Positions 48,245 to 57,934 of a stretch of DNA of 64,000 nt are shown here, in pieces (position 1 is the first letter of the stretch; each line of letters starts with the position of its first letter). The translations under genes and the position numbers were made by a program. This stretch comes from Armatimonadota bacterium. Its GTDB lineage: Bacteria > Armatimonadota > UBA5829 > DTLH01. The notes beneath the pieces were generated by a model. It had not been told where the DNA came from. It worked only from the letters and a program-made list of their open reading frames with translations, and did no database searches. The stretch spans positions 17,571 to 81,570 of the forward strand of contig JBDKUN010000021.1 of the NCBI GenBank assembly GCA_039679675.1. The letters are read 5' to 3'.

Positions 48245-48288
48245 TCGACACCTACGGTGTCGGCTTCGGCAGCAAGCGGTCCGAAGCA
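48245..48288 (+). repeat. Double-hairpin palindromic repeat 'A', copy 3
   Basis: TCGACACCTACGGTGTCGGCTTCGGCAGCAAGCGGTCCGAAGCA. Confidence 0.85.
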
Positions 48289-48318
48289 AGGAGAAATCTC
48301 CACCTTCCGCGTTTCCCA

Positions 48319-49362
48319 TTATTCCGCGTCTCCGCGGTTCAAAGGCTGACAGCTATAATGCGGGAGAAATATTTCGATACCTTCGCCGATAAACCGCTTG
48401 TGCAGTGCCTTCATGAACTCATGCTGCAGCAAATACTGTGAGTCAACATCCACTGAGCGCATAGTCACAGCAAAGTTAATGCAGGACTCCCCGAACTCCT
48501 TGAACCTGACCAGCGGCTCAAAACCGGTATCGGCTCCGGGGACTCGCGCCATGACTTCCTTCGCGGCCTCTACTGCCACTCGTTCGACCTTCTCCAGATC
48601 GCTCCCGTAACTTATCCTGCACGGCACGGAAACTAAAACACTCGGAGACGGGAGGGTGCAGTTGGTAATGACACTCTGGATCAGCTTGGAGTTCGGAACG
48701 AGAACGAGATTGTTCGACCAGACTTTTATCCGTGTATTTCGCCAGCCGACAACATCCACGAACCCTTCTACCCCGGAATCCAGCTTGATGTAGTCGCCGG
48801 AGCGCACGCTGCGGTCCATCATAAGGTAAAAGCCGGAAAAAAGGTTCGCGATGGTATCCTGAAGTCCGAGACCAACAGCAAGACCAGCAACTCCCAGTCC
48901 AGCTATGATCGTCGTTATCTTGTATCCGAGCTGGTCCAGTATCAGAACGCTCGCAAAAACCCATATCGCCGACACAACGATCTTGCTATACACGGATGTG
49001 TGGCTCGAAAGAGTAGGATCACCTTGTGATCCGATGTACCACCTGATCGCAAGGCTCACTCCTTTGGAAATCGCATACACTACCAGAAGCGTTGCCGCTG
49101 CGACAAACCATTTATCGTTCAAACTCACCGAGAAGCTGCATGATGTCAACTTGAGGAGCGCTGTATGTATGCCAGCTATCAGTACCAACCCCCCGGCGGG
49201 GACTTTCAGGTCCCTCGTGAAGCCGCACATAAGCTCATTACCGTTCTTGTGGAACCTGCGCGAAGCCCGCGCGAGCAGCTTTGCGGCCAGTACCGCTATG
49301 AAGATCGTTATGAATAATATCGAGCCCGAAACGATAAGCTCGCTTGCAAGTTGTGTCACCAA
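48319..49362 (-). CDS. mscS: Small-conductance mechanosensitive channel
   Basis: AGLGVAGLAVGLGLQDTIANLFSG, GDYI, GWRNT, VPNS motifs. Confidence 0.92.
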   Translation of the reverse strand: MVTQLASELIVSGSILFITIFIAVLAAKLLARASRRFHKNGNELMCGFTRDLKVPAGGLVLIAGIHTALLKLTSCSFSVSLNDKWFVAAATLLVVYAISKGVSLAIRWYIGSQGDPTLSSHTSVYSKIVVSAIWVFASVLILDQLGYKITTIIAGLGVAGLAVGLGLQDTIANLFSGFYLMMDRSVRSGDYIKLDSGVEGFVDVVGWRNTRIKVWSNNLVLVPNSKLIQSVITNCTLPSPSVLVSVPCRISYGSDLEKVERVAVEAAKEVMARVPGADTGFEPLVRFKEFGESCINFAVTMRSVDVDSQYLLQHEFMKALHKRFIGEGIEIFLPHYSCQPLNRGDAE

Positions 49363-49529
49363 AAGCTCCTTATGTCAACGAGCTTTATTCGCAAAACGAA
49401 TGAAGCCCTTTTGAAGTCATTTACACTACCGACTCCATTATACATGAGTTATTGGAAGACGCCAAACAAACAAACGCCGGCGGCTGATCCTAAGACCAAC
49501 CGTCGGCGTAAAACTCACATACAGAAAGA

Positions 49530-50465
49530 TTACTGGTAGACTACATTTGTGTCCAAAATAATATCGTGAAGTGCACGCTTTTCGGCATGGAACAGTATGA
49601 ACCAATAAGTCAGTCCGCATATGCTTCCAAGAAGTAACTTCAAAATAGATCGAAGCAGCGCACGGCCGAATCCAATATTACTTCCATCCGTCCGTTCGAC
49701 CCTGATTTTGCATGCCATTTTCCCCAGCGTTGCCCCTAAAAATCCGATCATGCAGGTCTCATAGATCACAACTAGTAAATTATCAATTCCTTGGAGAGAT
49801 TTTATGCGACTCATGATCTCAGGAAATGGCGTAGCGGCATTTGCCCCAACACCGGCAGTTCCAGTGGAACCGGCCCCCATCGCTATTGCTAATGGAACGA
49901 TGACAATACATAGAATAAGCCAATCTAAAATCTGTGCTCCAAACCTGATCCCGAATCCGGCGTTTTCTTCATGATAGACAGCAGAGGGTTGTTTGCCGTA
50001 CTGCGCCGGATACCCCGGTGTGTAGCCTGGCTGCTGCGGCTGCGAATAGGGTGGCGGGCCATATGGACCCGGCCTCTGGCCAGGCTGCGCTCCGTAAGGC
50101 GGCTGTTGAGGGCCGCCTGCCGTTCCTGCTCTCGCACATTTCGGACAACTGGTGTCGAATGGCCCAAGCACATAACCGCATTTTGGGCAGCTTTGCTGTC
50201 CCTGCGGCCTTGCCTGCTGCTGCATGGGCTGTCCTGCCTGTGTAAGAGGCAGCGGCTGCACCGGTTGAGCAGGCCCAGGCTGCGCGGGCGCTGCACCAGC
50301 TTGAACGGAACAGTTCGGGGCTCCGCACCCACGGTTATTCTGCCAGCACTGCGCATGGTGCTGAGCACCGCACTTTGGACAAGATATTACCGGTGTGTTA
50401 GGTTGGACAGGTGTACGACAGACTGGGCACAAATTGGGGCCTAGTCCAGCGTTTGGATCGTACAT
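49530..50465 (-). CDS. RDD-family membrane protein with N-terminal RING-like and zinc-ribbon domains and a P/Q-rich linker
   Basis: CPVC..CPKC..HH..CW..GC...C; CPKC..CPKC; GFGIRFGAQILD, TLGK, RALHD (RDD). Confidence 0.85.
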   Translation of the reverse strand: MYDPNAGLGPNLCPVCRTPVQPNTPVISCPKCGAQHHAQCWQNNRGCGAPNCSVQAGAAPAQPGPAQPVQPLPLTQAGQPMQQQARPQGQQSCPKCGYVLGPFDTSCPKCARAGTAGGPQQPPYGAQPGQRPGPYGPPPYSQPQQPGYTPGYPAQYGKQPSAVYHEENAGFGIRFGAQILDWLILCIVIVPLAIAMGAGSTGTAGVGANAATPFPEIMSRIKSLQGIDNLLVVIYETCMIGFLGATLGKMACKIRVERTDGSNIGFGRALLRSILKLLLGSICGLTYWFILFHAEKRALHDIILDTNVVYQ

Positions 50466-50649
50466 TGCGACTCCTCCAGGATGATGGCAGCCGTTACCGG
50501 TCAATATGCCGGTGATCCAGGCGATGGTATGCCAATACTGCCACCATACCCAATCCTCGCCTTGTCACTGCCGTAGTGTAGCTCAAGTATAGCGTCTGCT
50601 ATTGATTTGCACAATATTAAGTTTATTTCTGTAATCCGGCTTATCGTTA

Positions 50650-50685
50650 TATCGGGACACCTTGTCCCGATACCGGCCTAACTAC
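50650..50685 (-). repeat. GTAG-type REP element
   Basis: Minus strand GTAGTTAGGCCGGTATCGGGACAAGGTGTCCCGATA, matching 48021-48055. Confidence 0.75.
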
Positions 50686-50700
50686 ACAGGGTCATTGGGT

Positions 50701-53700
50701 TTACTGCACGCCCAGCTTCGCCTTCAGGTCTTTTATCTGCTCAACGAGCGTCTTCATCCTGTTGGAGAGCGCCGCCACAGCCTTCAGGTAGTCGTCGCTG
50801 TTCTTATCCATCTGGTTGATGCGGTCATAAGCTGCCGAGAACTCCGCGTAGCTGTAGGCCATATCGGCGACATTGCTGCCGTATTTCCAGAGCGCCCCAG
50901 GAAGAGTTTTATCAAGAGGCGTGATGCTGGTGATGATATTTAAATCGTCCCGCACTTCCTCAAGAAGCTCCTGAAGGGTCTTGCCGTCTCTTGCAGCTAT
51001 ATCTGAAACATCTTTCATTGTTTGAGTATATTTCAAGACCTTGAACCAATTTTTGATATGATCCAGCTTGGTGATCAGGTCAGCGGGATGGTCCGGCAGC
51101 TTCTCTGCAAGTTTATGCATCTCTTCGTAACGGTCTGAGAGCTGTCCGGCAGTGGCATCCATCAGCAGGCTGTAGAGGAAGCCGCTGCACTTGTCCATTC
51201 CGTCCTGCGCGACCTTCCCCCAGTCATCGAGTTGTGCCTGGTTCTGCTGAATCGACTTGTTAAGCTTTTGGAGCTGCGCTTTCGTCGCCTCAAGCTGACT
51301 TTGGAGCGATTCGAGCTTCGCAAGGTACTGCTTTCTAATTTCAGGAGTGATATTGCCATCGTCGGCAGGTTTTGAAGCGGTATCCTGACTGTTTGCAGCC
51401 GTCGTTGTTGTTGTACCGCTTGAGCTCGATGGGTTGGATGCAACATTAGATGCAAGTGTGACCGTACCGTTCAGATTATGGATTGCTACGGCTGCATCAC
51501 CGACATGCACAGGATCATTCTTTATCGAGTCCATAGCATCGCGGATACCCTGTAGGTTTGCATTCGCTTGATGAGTCTGGGCTTCAGCCTCTTCGCGGAG
51601 CGCTGCCGCCTCTTTAGGAGAAGTGTTCTGCAGCTCTTCGGCTTTTGCCATAGTGATCTTCGCGTCTTCGATCTTCCTCAGGTTCTCGTCTACTGCCGAT
51701 ACGGCCTCATTGGACAATACGACCGACTGTGCCGGTTGATTGGGAAGCGGCAGGTCTTCCAGCTTTGGAAGCTTGGTGAAATCGATGTCGCCGGTCATTG
51801 CGAGGGCGCTCTTGTCTGCCATATCGCGCGCGGCTTCCATATCGCCGCCGATAGCGTCCAACGCAGCCTGTTTGGCCATCACCGCGCTCATCACGAGTTG
51901 CTTCGATACGTCGGAAGTGACTTCTCTATCGACGTTCGGCTTGACCCATTCCTCGCCTTCGCTCTGATCGAACGAAGCGCCGCCTTCAGTTACGACGGTC
52001 AAGCTGAACTCCTTCTGGTCTGCCGTAAATACGGCCTGCCAGAAACCGACGGCAGTCGGAGCCTGCGCCATCTTGATGCCTGCCGCTTTGTCTACGACTA
52101 TTGAATAATTATTATTCTTGGCCCAGCGTGCGAGAGCCACCAGTTTCTCGACCTCGCGAAGGCGATGGAGCTCCGGGTAGACTTTTGCAAGCTGATCGTA
52201 GTTTTCGGTCAGGTAATTGCTGTAGCCCTCGGCGGAGGTCTTCATGAAGTCTGCGACTTCAGAGGTACACTTCCTGCCGGCTGTCTTATCCACCCATCCG
52301 ATGATTTTCATATTAGCCTCATCGAAAGTGACCACATCCCCGGATGGAGAAACCCGCATTTTAACTTCTCCCGGTACCAAACGGTGGCCGACTTCCGCTC
52401 CGGCGTCCCCAGGTATGCGTACTCCTGTCTTCGTGGAGCAATCATACATATAGTCCATCTCAGTTTTGAACTCCGGTATGCTGTTTTTGACTTCCGGGTT
52501 CGTACAGATGGATTTCAAGGCATAATCGGCCCTGAAAAGTGTATCTCCAAGCAAGGTATTCGCGGGGACATCTTTAAAAACGAGCTCCATCTGCGGAGTC
52601 GGAACACTGTAGAGTTTGCAAAGGAGAGTGTGTGAGAGCGTCAGGCCGTTGAACATCTTGAGCCCTACCCCATCCACAACAATATCCATCAATTTTGATT
52701 CTGCAAACTTCAAAAACTCGTTTGCGTCCATGCGGCCACCGAGGACCGCATCTGCCTTGGATTTGTATTGTTCTTCCGGCACATTCAGGCCGCGGAGAAT
52801 GGCAGACTCCATGAGCACCGCTAACTTCAGGCTTGCTTCTTCCTTAGACATTTCTCCCGATTGGAATTTCGAGACGATATCCGAAGCTTCCGAACCTATC
52901 CCAAGCAACTGAAAGGCCTGCTGCGAGTCATTGTTTTGTACCAAAAGGGCTTGGCCGACCTGAGTGTACCCCATGCCCAGCAGGATCTTGCCAAGTACCG
53001 GTATCAGTTCGTCGCTCGATGTGCCAGCAGCCGAGTTTTGGAGTATCATCAGCATTTCGGACTCGCTGATCTTGAATGCTTCAGCACCTTTTTTGATAAA
53101 CTCTGCGCGGTCACTCGAAAGTGACGGATCATTCAAGATCATATTCAGAAGCTTCATAGTCCATGTGTTGCAATAGCTTGAATCGGAATACATCCGGGCT
53201 ACGTCGTCGCCTATGGCGGAATGGACCTTTTCTACTCCTTTTTTGGTCTCACTGGTCGGCTGTAGAGAAAACCACGGATAGGGGCTCGCCATAGCGTCTT
53301 TCAGAAGGTCATAATAAGGTATCGAACCCGTTTTATAGCTGGGGTCGTATTTACCGACCAGAGTGATTGCGTGGCTAGCGGGGTCTATTACGGCGTATTT
53401 GAGGACATTGATATCCGCCAGCTTCCGCTTTACCGAGATTGTGGCAGTCTTTTCCTGTGGCGTTATGCTTAGTGTCAGAGTTTGGCTTCCACGGAGAAGA
53501 ATAATCTTATAGGTATTCCCTGCCTTAAGGATTGCGTTTATGTTCAGAAAATCACCAGCAGACGTGATGGCTTGACCGTCTATTTCGGTGATTACATCGC
53601 CAATTCTGATTCCTGCCGCGTCGGCAGGCGAGTTAATGGTTACATCGCCCACAAGCGCGCCATTGATACCTGCGTCTTTGGATAAGCTCTTCAACCCAAG

Positions 53701-53880
53701 CCCTATCCAGGGACCGTCGTTATGTGGCTTACCTGGCAAGGGTCGGCCACCAAACCGGTCCATCCGTGCACGGATCCGGTCATTACCCTGAGCCGGGTCC
53801 GGCCGCTGAGCGTACGTGGCCGCACAAAGCAAAATGAAAATTACAGTAAAAAGTAGAAAGAGACGTGGCGTCCTGCCCAT
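50701..53880 (-). CDS. Large secreted protein: PDZ domain, uncharacterised central region, coiled-coil C-terminus
   Basis: Signal peptide; WIGL..SPADAAGIRIGDVITEIDG (PDZ); RADYALK; heptad-rich C-terminus. Confidence 0.8.
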   Translation of the reverse strand: MGRTPRLFLLFTVIFILLCAATYAQRPDPAQGNDRIRARMDRFGGRPLPGKPHNDGPWIGLGLKSLSKDAGINGALVGDVTINSPADAAGIRIGDVITEIDGQAITSAGDFLNINAILKAGNTYKIILLRGSQTLTLSITPQEKTATISVKRKLADINVLKYAVIDPASHAITLVGKYDPSYKTGSIPYYDLLKDAMASPYPWFSLQPTSETKKGVEKVHSAIGDDVARMYSDSSYCNTWTMKLLNMILNDPSLSSDRAEFIKKGAEAFKISESEMLMILQNSAAGTSSDELIPVLGKILLGMGYTQVGQALLVQNNDSQQAFQLLGIGSEASDIVSKFQSGEMSKEEASLKLAVLMESAILRGLNVPEEQYKSKADAVLGGRMDANEFLKFAESKLMDIVVDGVGLKMFNGLTLSHTLLCKLYSVPTPQMELVFKDVPANTLLGDTLFRADYALKSICTNPEVKNSIPEFKTEMDYMYDCSTKTGVRIPGDAGAEVGHRLVPGEVKMRVSPSGDVVTFDEANMKIIGWVDKTAGRKCTSEVADFMKTSAEGYSNYLTENYDQLAKVYPELHRLREVEKLVALARWAKNNNYSIVVDKAAGIKMAQAPTAVGFWQAVFTADQKEFSLTVVTEGGASFDQSEGEEWVKPNVDREVTSDVSKQLVMSAVMAKQAALDAIGGDMEAARDMADKSALAMTGDIDFTKLPKLEDLPLPNQPAQSVVLSNEAVSAVDENLRKIEDAKITMAKAEELQNTSPKEAAALREEAEAQTHQANANLQGIRDAMDSIKNDPVHVGDAAVAIHNLNGTVTLASNVASNPSSSSGTTTTTAANSQDTASKPADDGNITPEIRKQYLAKLESLQSQLEATKAQLQKLNKSIQQNQAQLDDWGKVAQDGMDKCSGFLYSLLMDATAGQLSDRYEEMHKLAEKLPDHPADLITKLDHIKNWFKVLKYTQTMKDVSDIAARDGKTLQELLEEVRDDLNIITSITPLDKTLPGALWKYGSNVADMAYSYAEFSAAYDRINQMDKNSDDYLKAVAALSNRMKTLVEQIKDLKAKLGVQ

Positions 53881-54050
53881 AATACATCACCCCAAAAGCC
53901 CGTAATACTTATTCGTTTGAAGATCAAGCTCTGCTGGTATTATAGGCTGTTCGCGATGATTATTAAAGACAGTATAAAAAGCTTTTTATCACGAAAGCAG
54001 GAAATGGGATACGATATGGGAACGACAGGTATAGGTAATCCATCGGATTA

Positions 54051-56510
54051 CTACTGCTTAGTTCCCGCAGCAGGCACATTTCCCATGACTACCCAGACTT
54101 CGTGGACTTTATGGTCACGGAAGTCGCGTATGGCGTTGTGAGGATTCATCTTTTTCCCATCGACGGTGATTTCCCGCACTCCTTTTTCCACACCGTCGGG
54201 ATTCTCAACGTGAATTTTATAAACAGCATCCCTGAAAGGGCGGATTACCGTAAACTCCCGCCAGTCCGAAGGAATGCACGGGTCAATTCTCAGCCCGTGG
54301 TAGTCCGGCCTTACGCCGCAGATCCAGTCGATGCACGTCCTCCAGACCCATGACGCCGCCCCTTCGGTCCATGTAAAACGCCCGCAGCCCGGTCTTTCGG
54401 AGTCCGCGCCTTCCATGTATTCAGGATAAAGGTAAGGTTCGGCTTCGTAACGTTCCTGATCCAGCACCCTTGCCCCACCGAGCGCTTTTTGATATATCTC
54501 GTATGCCCTGCTGCCGCGCCCCAGTATGCATTCCGCCATCACCACCCAGCATGCAGGAATAGTGAATATTCCGCCGTTTTGCGCGAGCCCAGGTGAGAAC
54601 CTGGTGATCGTGCCGATTGTCCTGTCGGGGTTTTCGTAAGCCGGTTGAATGAGAGCAGGGCCGTACGGCGTGTCAAGCCGTTTCTTTACGCTGTCCATAG
54701 CTGTTTTCCCCTGTTCATCCGTGGCAGTCTTTGAGATTATCGACCAGGCTTGGGGCTCCAGAAAAATCGAACCATACCTATTCAGCGAACTCCCTATGAG
54801 GCTGCCCTGGCCGGTTATGGCGCGGACATACCAGGAACCATCCCATGCGAACCTGTTGATCTTGCCTCTCAAGTTGCGCGCGCGGGTGCCCCAGCCTGCA
54901 GCCCTGGCTCGATCCCCCATTATTCGGGCTACTTCCGCAGCTTCGGTAAGCGCACTTGCGAGCATCATCGCTGTCAGGATGCTTTCGCTCTCTTCTTCAT
55001 GACCTGCCTGATCGAGTGTTTCGTTCCAATCGCCCAGTCCAAGGAGAATAAGTCCGCGCGGACTCAACTGAAAGAGGCAAAACTCAATGGCGCGGACCAT
55101 ATGGCTGTATACCGTATCGCCACCGCGCGCATAGTAGTGCGGAATTGACTGATTGAGAAATTCGGTGTCTCCTGTCTCTCTCAGATAGCTCGTGAGAGCG
55201 AAGACGAGCCAGATAGGGTCATCCAGATAGCCTGAGCGGACTCCCACATTGCTTCTTATCTCCCAACGGTGTGCAACATTTCCGTCGCGGTATTGGTGTC
55301 TGAGTATCTGAGCAAGGCAGGACTTGGAATACTCAGGGTCCATCGGAAGCACGCCAAGGAGTTCGAAGCAATTCCCTTTGAAGCTCACAACCGAAACACC
55401 TCCACGGTATAACGACGGCGTTGCCGGCGATTCAACAAACATCCACGACTGCAGTTTATCCCAAATGTTGACTGACCGGTTGAAATGCGTATCAGGAGTG
55501 CTTACGGTAAGTCCGGCAAGGTAATCGTCCCAGTAGCTTCTGACTTCGGCGAGCTTCGATTCCACCTCACCTGGTTCACTGTACCTGGCGACGATACCGG
55601 ACGGATCGGCTGCGTGAAGAGCAATCCCCACGAGCACACTGAAATTCACTTTTTCCCGCGCTGGGATGATGAACCGGATTTCGATTACACCGACCGAGTC
55701 CCGCCCATTGCTGTCTGAGTTTGAACACTTGCCTTCTTTCACAGCTATAGGGCAGGAGAGTTCGCCGTAGCGACCGATGAATGCCTCACGGTCGCAGTCG
55801 AAGCTGCTGACCGGCACGGTTGCGGCGATAAATGCATACTTGCCCCAGGATTGGTTGGTGCTTATCACCTCCGGCAAATGCCTCCTCCGGGCATCTGCCA
55901 CTGCTGCGCTCACCGGCTGAGGCCGTCTCCACATCCGTTTAGTCGCCAATATGTAGTTATCCTCAAAAGTTACCTGGTTGAAGCGGGCAGATGATTGCCT
56001 CTGGACCAAATCGTCGGAATAATTGCCCAAAACCCACTCAACATACGTAAAAACAGATAAATCAGCGGGCTCATCCCGCTCATTTTCGAGTGTTACGCTC
56101 CAGACCTCCAGGTTATCGTCCATCGGCACGAAAATCACCATCCGGCCTGCTATTTTAAGGCAAGATGAGGTGATTGTTGTTACACCCTGAGTGTGCCGGC
56201 ACTCGAAACTATCCAACTCCTGCATTACAGGCTGCCAGCCGATGCTGAAGAACTCGCCGGTCAAGTTATCCCTTACAAAAACATACCTCCCCGGCCTGTC
56301 CGATGTTATGATGTCCGGGTCGGCGCGGGTAATTCGGTCATATCCGGGTCCGCCGATGAAAGAGTACCCTCCCCCGGTCTGGGAAACGAGCGCAGTGTAG
56401 CTCCCGTTAGTCAGACAGTTGACCCATGGCCTCGGCGTATCAGGCCTGGTGATTATAAATTCGCGCCCGTCTTCCGAAAAATGGCCATACTCCATCGTTT
56501 GTGCTCCCAT
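54051..56510 (-). CDS. GH94 (cellobiose/chitobiose phosphorylase-like) protein with a degenerate active site
   Basis: YGHFSEDGREF..TPRPWVN, DRPGRY, DDPIW, WDGSWY, GVRPDYHGLRIDPCIP; GFRD/DWND/H/TG motifs altered. Confidence 0.88.
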   Translation of the reverse strand: MGAQTMEYGHFSEDGREFIITRPDTPRPWVNCLTNGSYTALVSQTGGGYSFIGGPGYDRITRADPDIITSDRPGRYVFVRDNLTGEFFSIGWQPVMQELDSFECRHTQGVTTITSSCLKIAGRMVIFVPMDDNLEVWSVTLENERDEPADLSVFTYVEWVLGNYSDDLVQRQSSARFNQVTFEDNYILATKRMWRRPQPVSAAVADARRRHLPEVISTNQSWGKYAFIAATVPVSSFDCDREAFIGRYGELSCPIAVKEGKCSNSDSNGRDSVGVIEIRFIIPAREKVNFSVLVGIALHAADPSGIVARYSEPGEVESKLAEVRSYWDDYLAGLTVSTPDTHFNRSVNIWDKLQSWMFVESPATPSLYRGGVSVVSFKGNCFELLGVLPMDPEYSKSCLAQILRHQYRDGNVAHRWEIRSNVGVRSGYLDDPIWLVFALTSYLRETGDTEFLNQSIPHYYARGGDTVYSHMVRAIEFCLFQLSPRGLILLGLGDWNETLDQAGHEEESESILTAMMLASALTEAAEVARIMGDRARAAGWGTRARNLRGKINRFAWDGSWYVRAITGQGSLIGSSLNRYGSIFLEPQAWSIISKTATDEQGKTAMDSVKKRLDTPYGPALIQPAYENPDRTIGTITRFSPGLAQNGGIFTIPACWVVMAECILGRGSRAYEIYQKALGGARVLDQERYEAEPYLYPEYMEGADSERPGCGRFTWTEGAASWVWRTCIDWICGVRPDYHGLRIDPCIPSDWREFTVIRPFRDAVYKIHVENPDGVEKGVREITVDGKKMNPHNAIRDFRDHKVHEVWVVMGNVPAAGTKQ

Positions 56511-56702
56511 GCTTCATTACTTCAGCATACCCGCCGGAGACAGGTATTGTATCAGAGTGAACAGGCTTTGCCCTAATACATTCGAAAATATAATCCAATA
56601 ATAAAATAAGCTAATCCTCGCAATGCCCTCCTATTTGAGGATCCTTAGCTGTTTCGGAAAACCTCCGAAGCGACAGTCCGGTAAGTTTGGAGTTAAGCAG
56701 TA

Positions 56703-57896
56703 ATGAAGATAGCAAGTTCCTGGTCAACTGCGGCTGATGAAGAGTACGCAGTTAATGAAGCATTCAACACTCTGGCCGACCGGCTGGGATCTTTACCTGA
56801 TTATATTATGGTGTTCACGTCGGTTGCCTATGACAGCCAAAAGCTCATGGCAACACTGAAAAAGCTTGCCCCTGATGCACAAATCCACGGAGGGACTTCC
56901 TGTGTCGGCATAATAACCGAAGAAGGTCCTCGTTGCGATGGCGGCGAAGCTCTTGGACTGCTGGGAATCTGTGATAAGGCAGGCAGTTATGGAGTGGGCG
57001 CTGCACCAAGAGGAGAAGACCCTTTTGCATCAGCAGCTGCAGCTGTAACGGAAGCACTTAGAGAGTCCGGCAGACCTGGAGAGATACCAGGACTGGTCAT
57101 CATGGTTGCTGCACCAGGCTATGAAGAGCTGCAGATACAGGGAATACAGGATATTGTCGGCCCTGATGTCCCCATAATCGGAGGCAGCTCCGCAGATGAC
57201 AACATCGACGGTCACTGGCACCAGTTTGCCAACGGCCGGGTCTATGATGAGGCGCTGTCCGTAGCAGTGATGTTCCCCTCCGTGCCGGTAGGCTATTCCT
57301 TCCACAGCGGCTACAGCCCGACAGATATCAGTGGAATAGTAACACGATGTGAAGGCAGAGTCCTTTACGAAATAGATAACCGCCCTGCTGCTGTTGTTTA
57401 TAATGAATGGACTAATGGGGTCATCCATGATTTCATGTCGGCCGGTGGTAATGCTCTCGCGGCAGCGAGCCTGGCTCCAATCGGAAGGTTGGTCGGCAGT
57501 GTTGAAGATGTGCCTTATTATAGTTTGATAAGTCTGAGAACTGTTCAAAAAGATGGGTCGTTGACCCTGTTTGCCAACGTTTTCGAAGGAGAGAAGCTGT
57601 CATTGCTGTCCGGTACTAAAGAGAGCCTTCTTTCACGGGCAGGCAGAGTTGCACAGGTAGCTATGGAGGGTAGATCATTGTCAGCTTCAGAAGTCAGCGG
57701 GGCGTTTATGGCATGCTGCGCCGGTAATATGTTTACAGCGAAGAATGATCTGCAGCAAGTGATAGATGGAGTCAATGGCACTCTTGAAGGAAAACCATTC
57801 TTCGGTGCGTTTACATACGGTGAACAAGGCTGTTTCCTTGGCGGTGAGAGTTGCCATGGAAACCTGATGATTTCGACACTGGTATTCGGCAACTAA
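56703..57896 (+). CDS. FIST/FIST_C sensory protein (NosP-like), paralog 1
   Basis: HGGTSC, GGSSADD, LYEIDNRPA, CAG, FTYGEQG..HGNL motifs. Confidence 0.9.
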   Translation: MKIASSWSTAADEEYAVNEAFNTLADRLGSLPDYIMVFTSVAYDSQKLMATLKKLAPDAQIHGGTSCVGIITEEGPRCDGGEALGLLGICDKAGSYGVGAAPRGEDPFASAAAAVTEALRESGRPGEIPGLVIMVAAPGYEELQIQGIQDIVGPDVPIIGGSSADDNIDGHWHQFANGRVYDEALSVAVMFPSVPVGYSFHSGYSPTDISGIVTRCEGRVLYEIDNRPAAVVYNEWTNGVIHDFMSAGGNALAAASLAPIGRLVGSVEDVPYYSLISLRTVQKDGSLTLFANVFEGEKLSLLSGTKESLLSRAGRVAQVAMEGRSLSASEVSGAFMACCAGNMFTAKNDLQQVIDGVNGTLEGKPFFGAFTYGEQGCFLGGESCHGNLMISTLVFGN

Positions 57897-57934
57897 ATAA
57901 CAAATAGTAGTAAAAAGTTTGGAGTTAAGCAGTA

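Noticed and set aside
50..48288. CRISPR array from repeat A or the 21-bp tandem units
   Set aside because: Copies are dispersed or directly abutting with no unique spacers; no cas genes.
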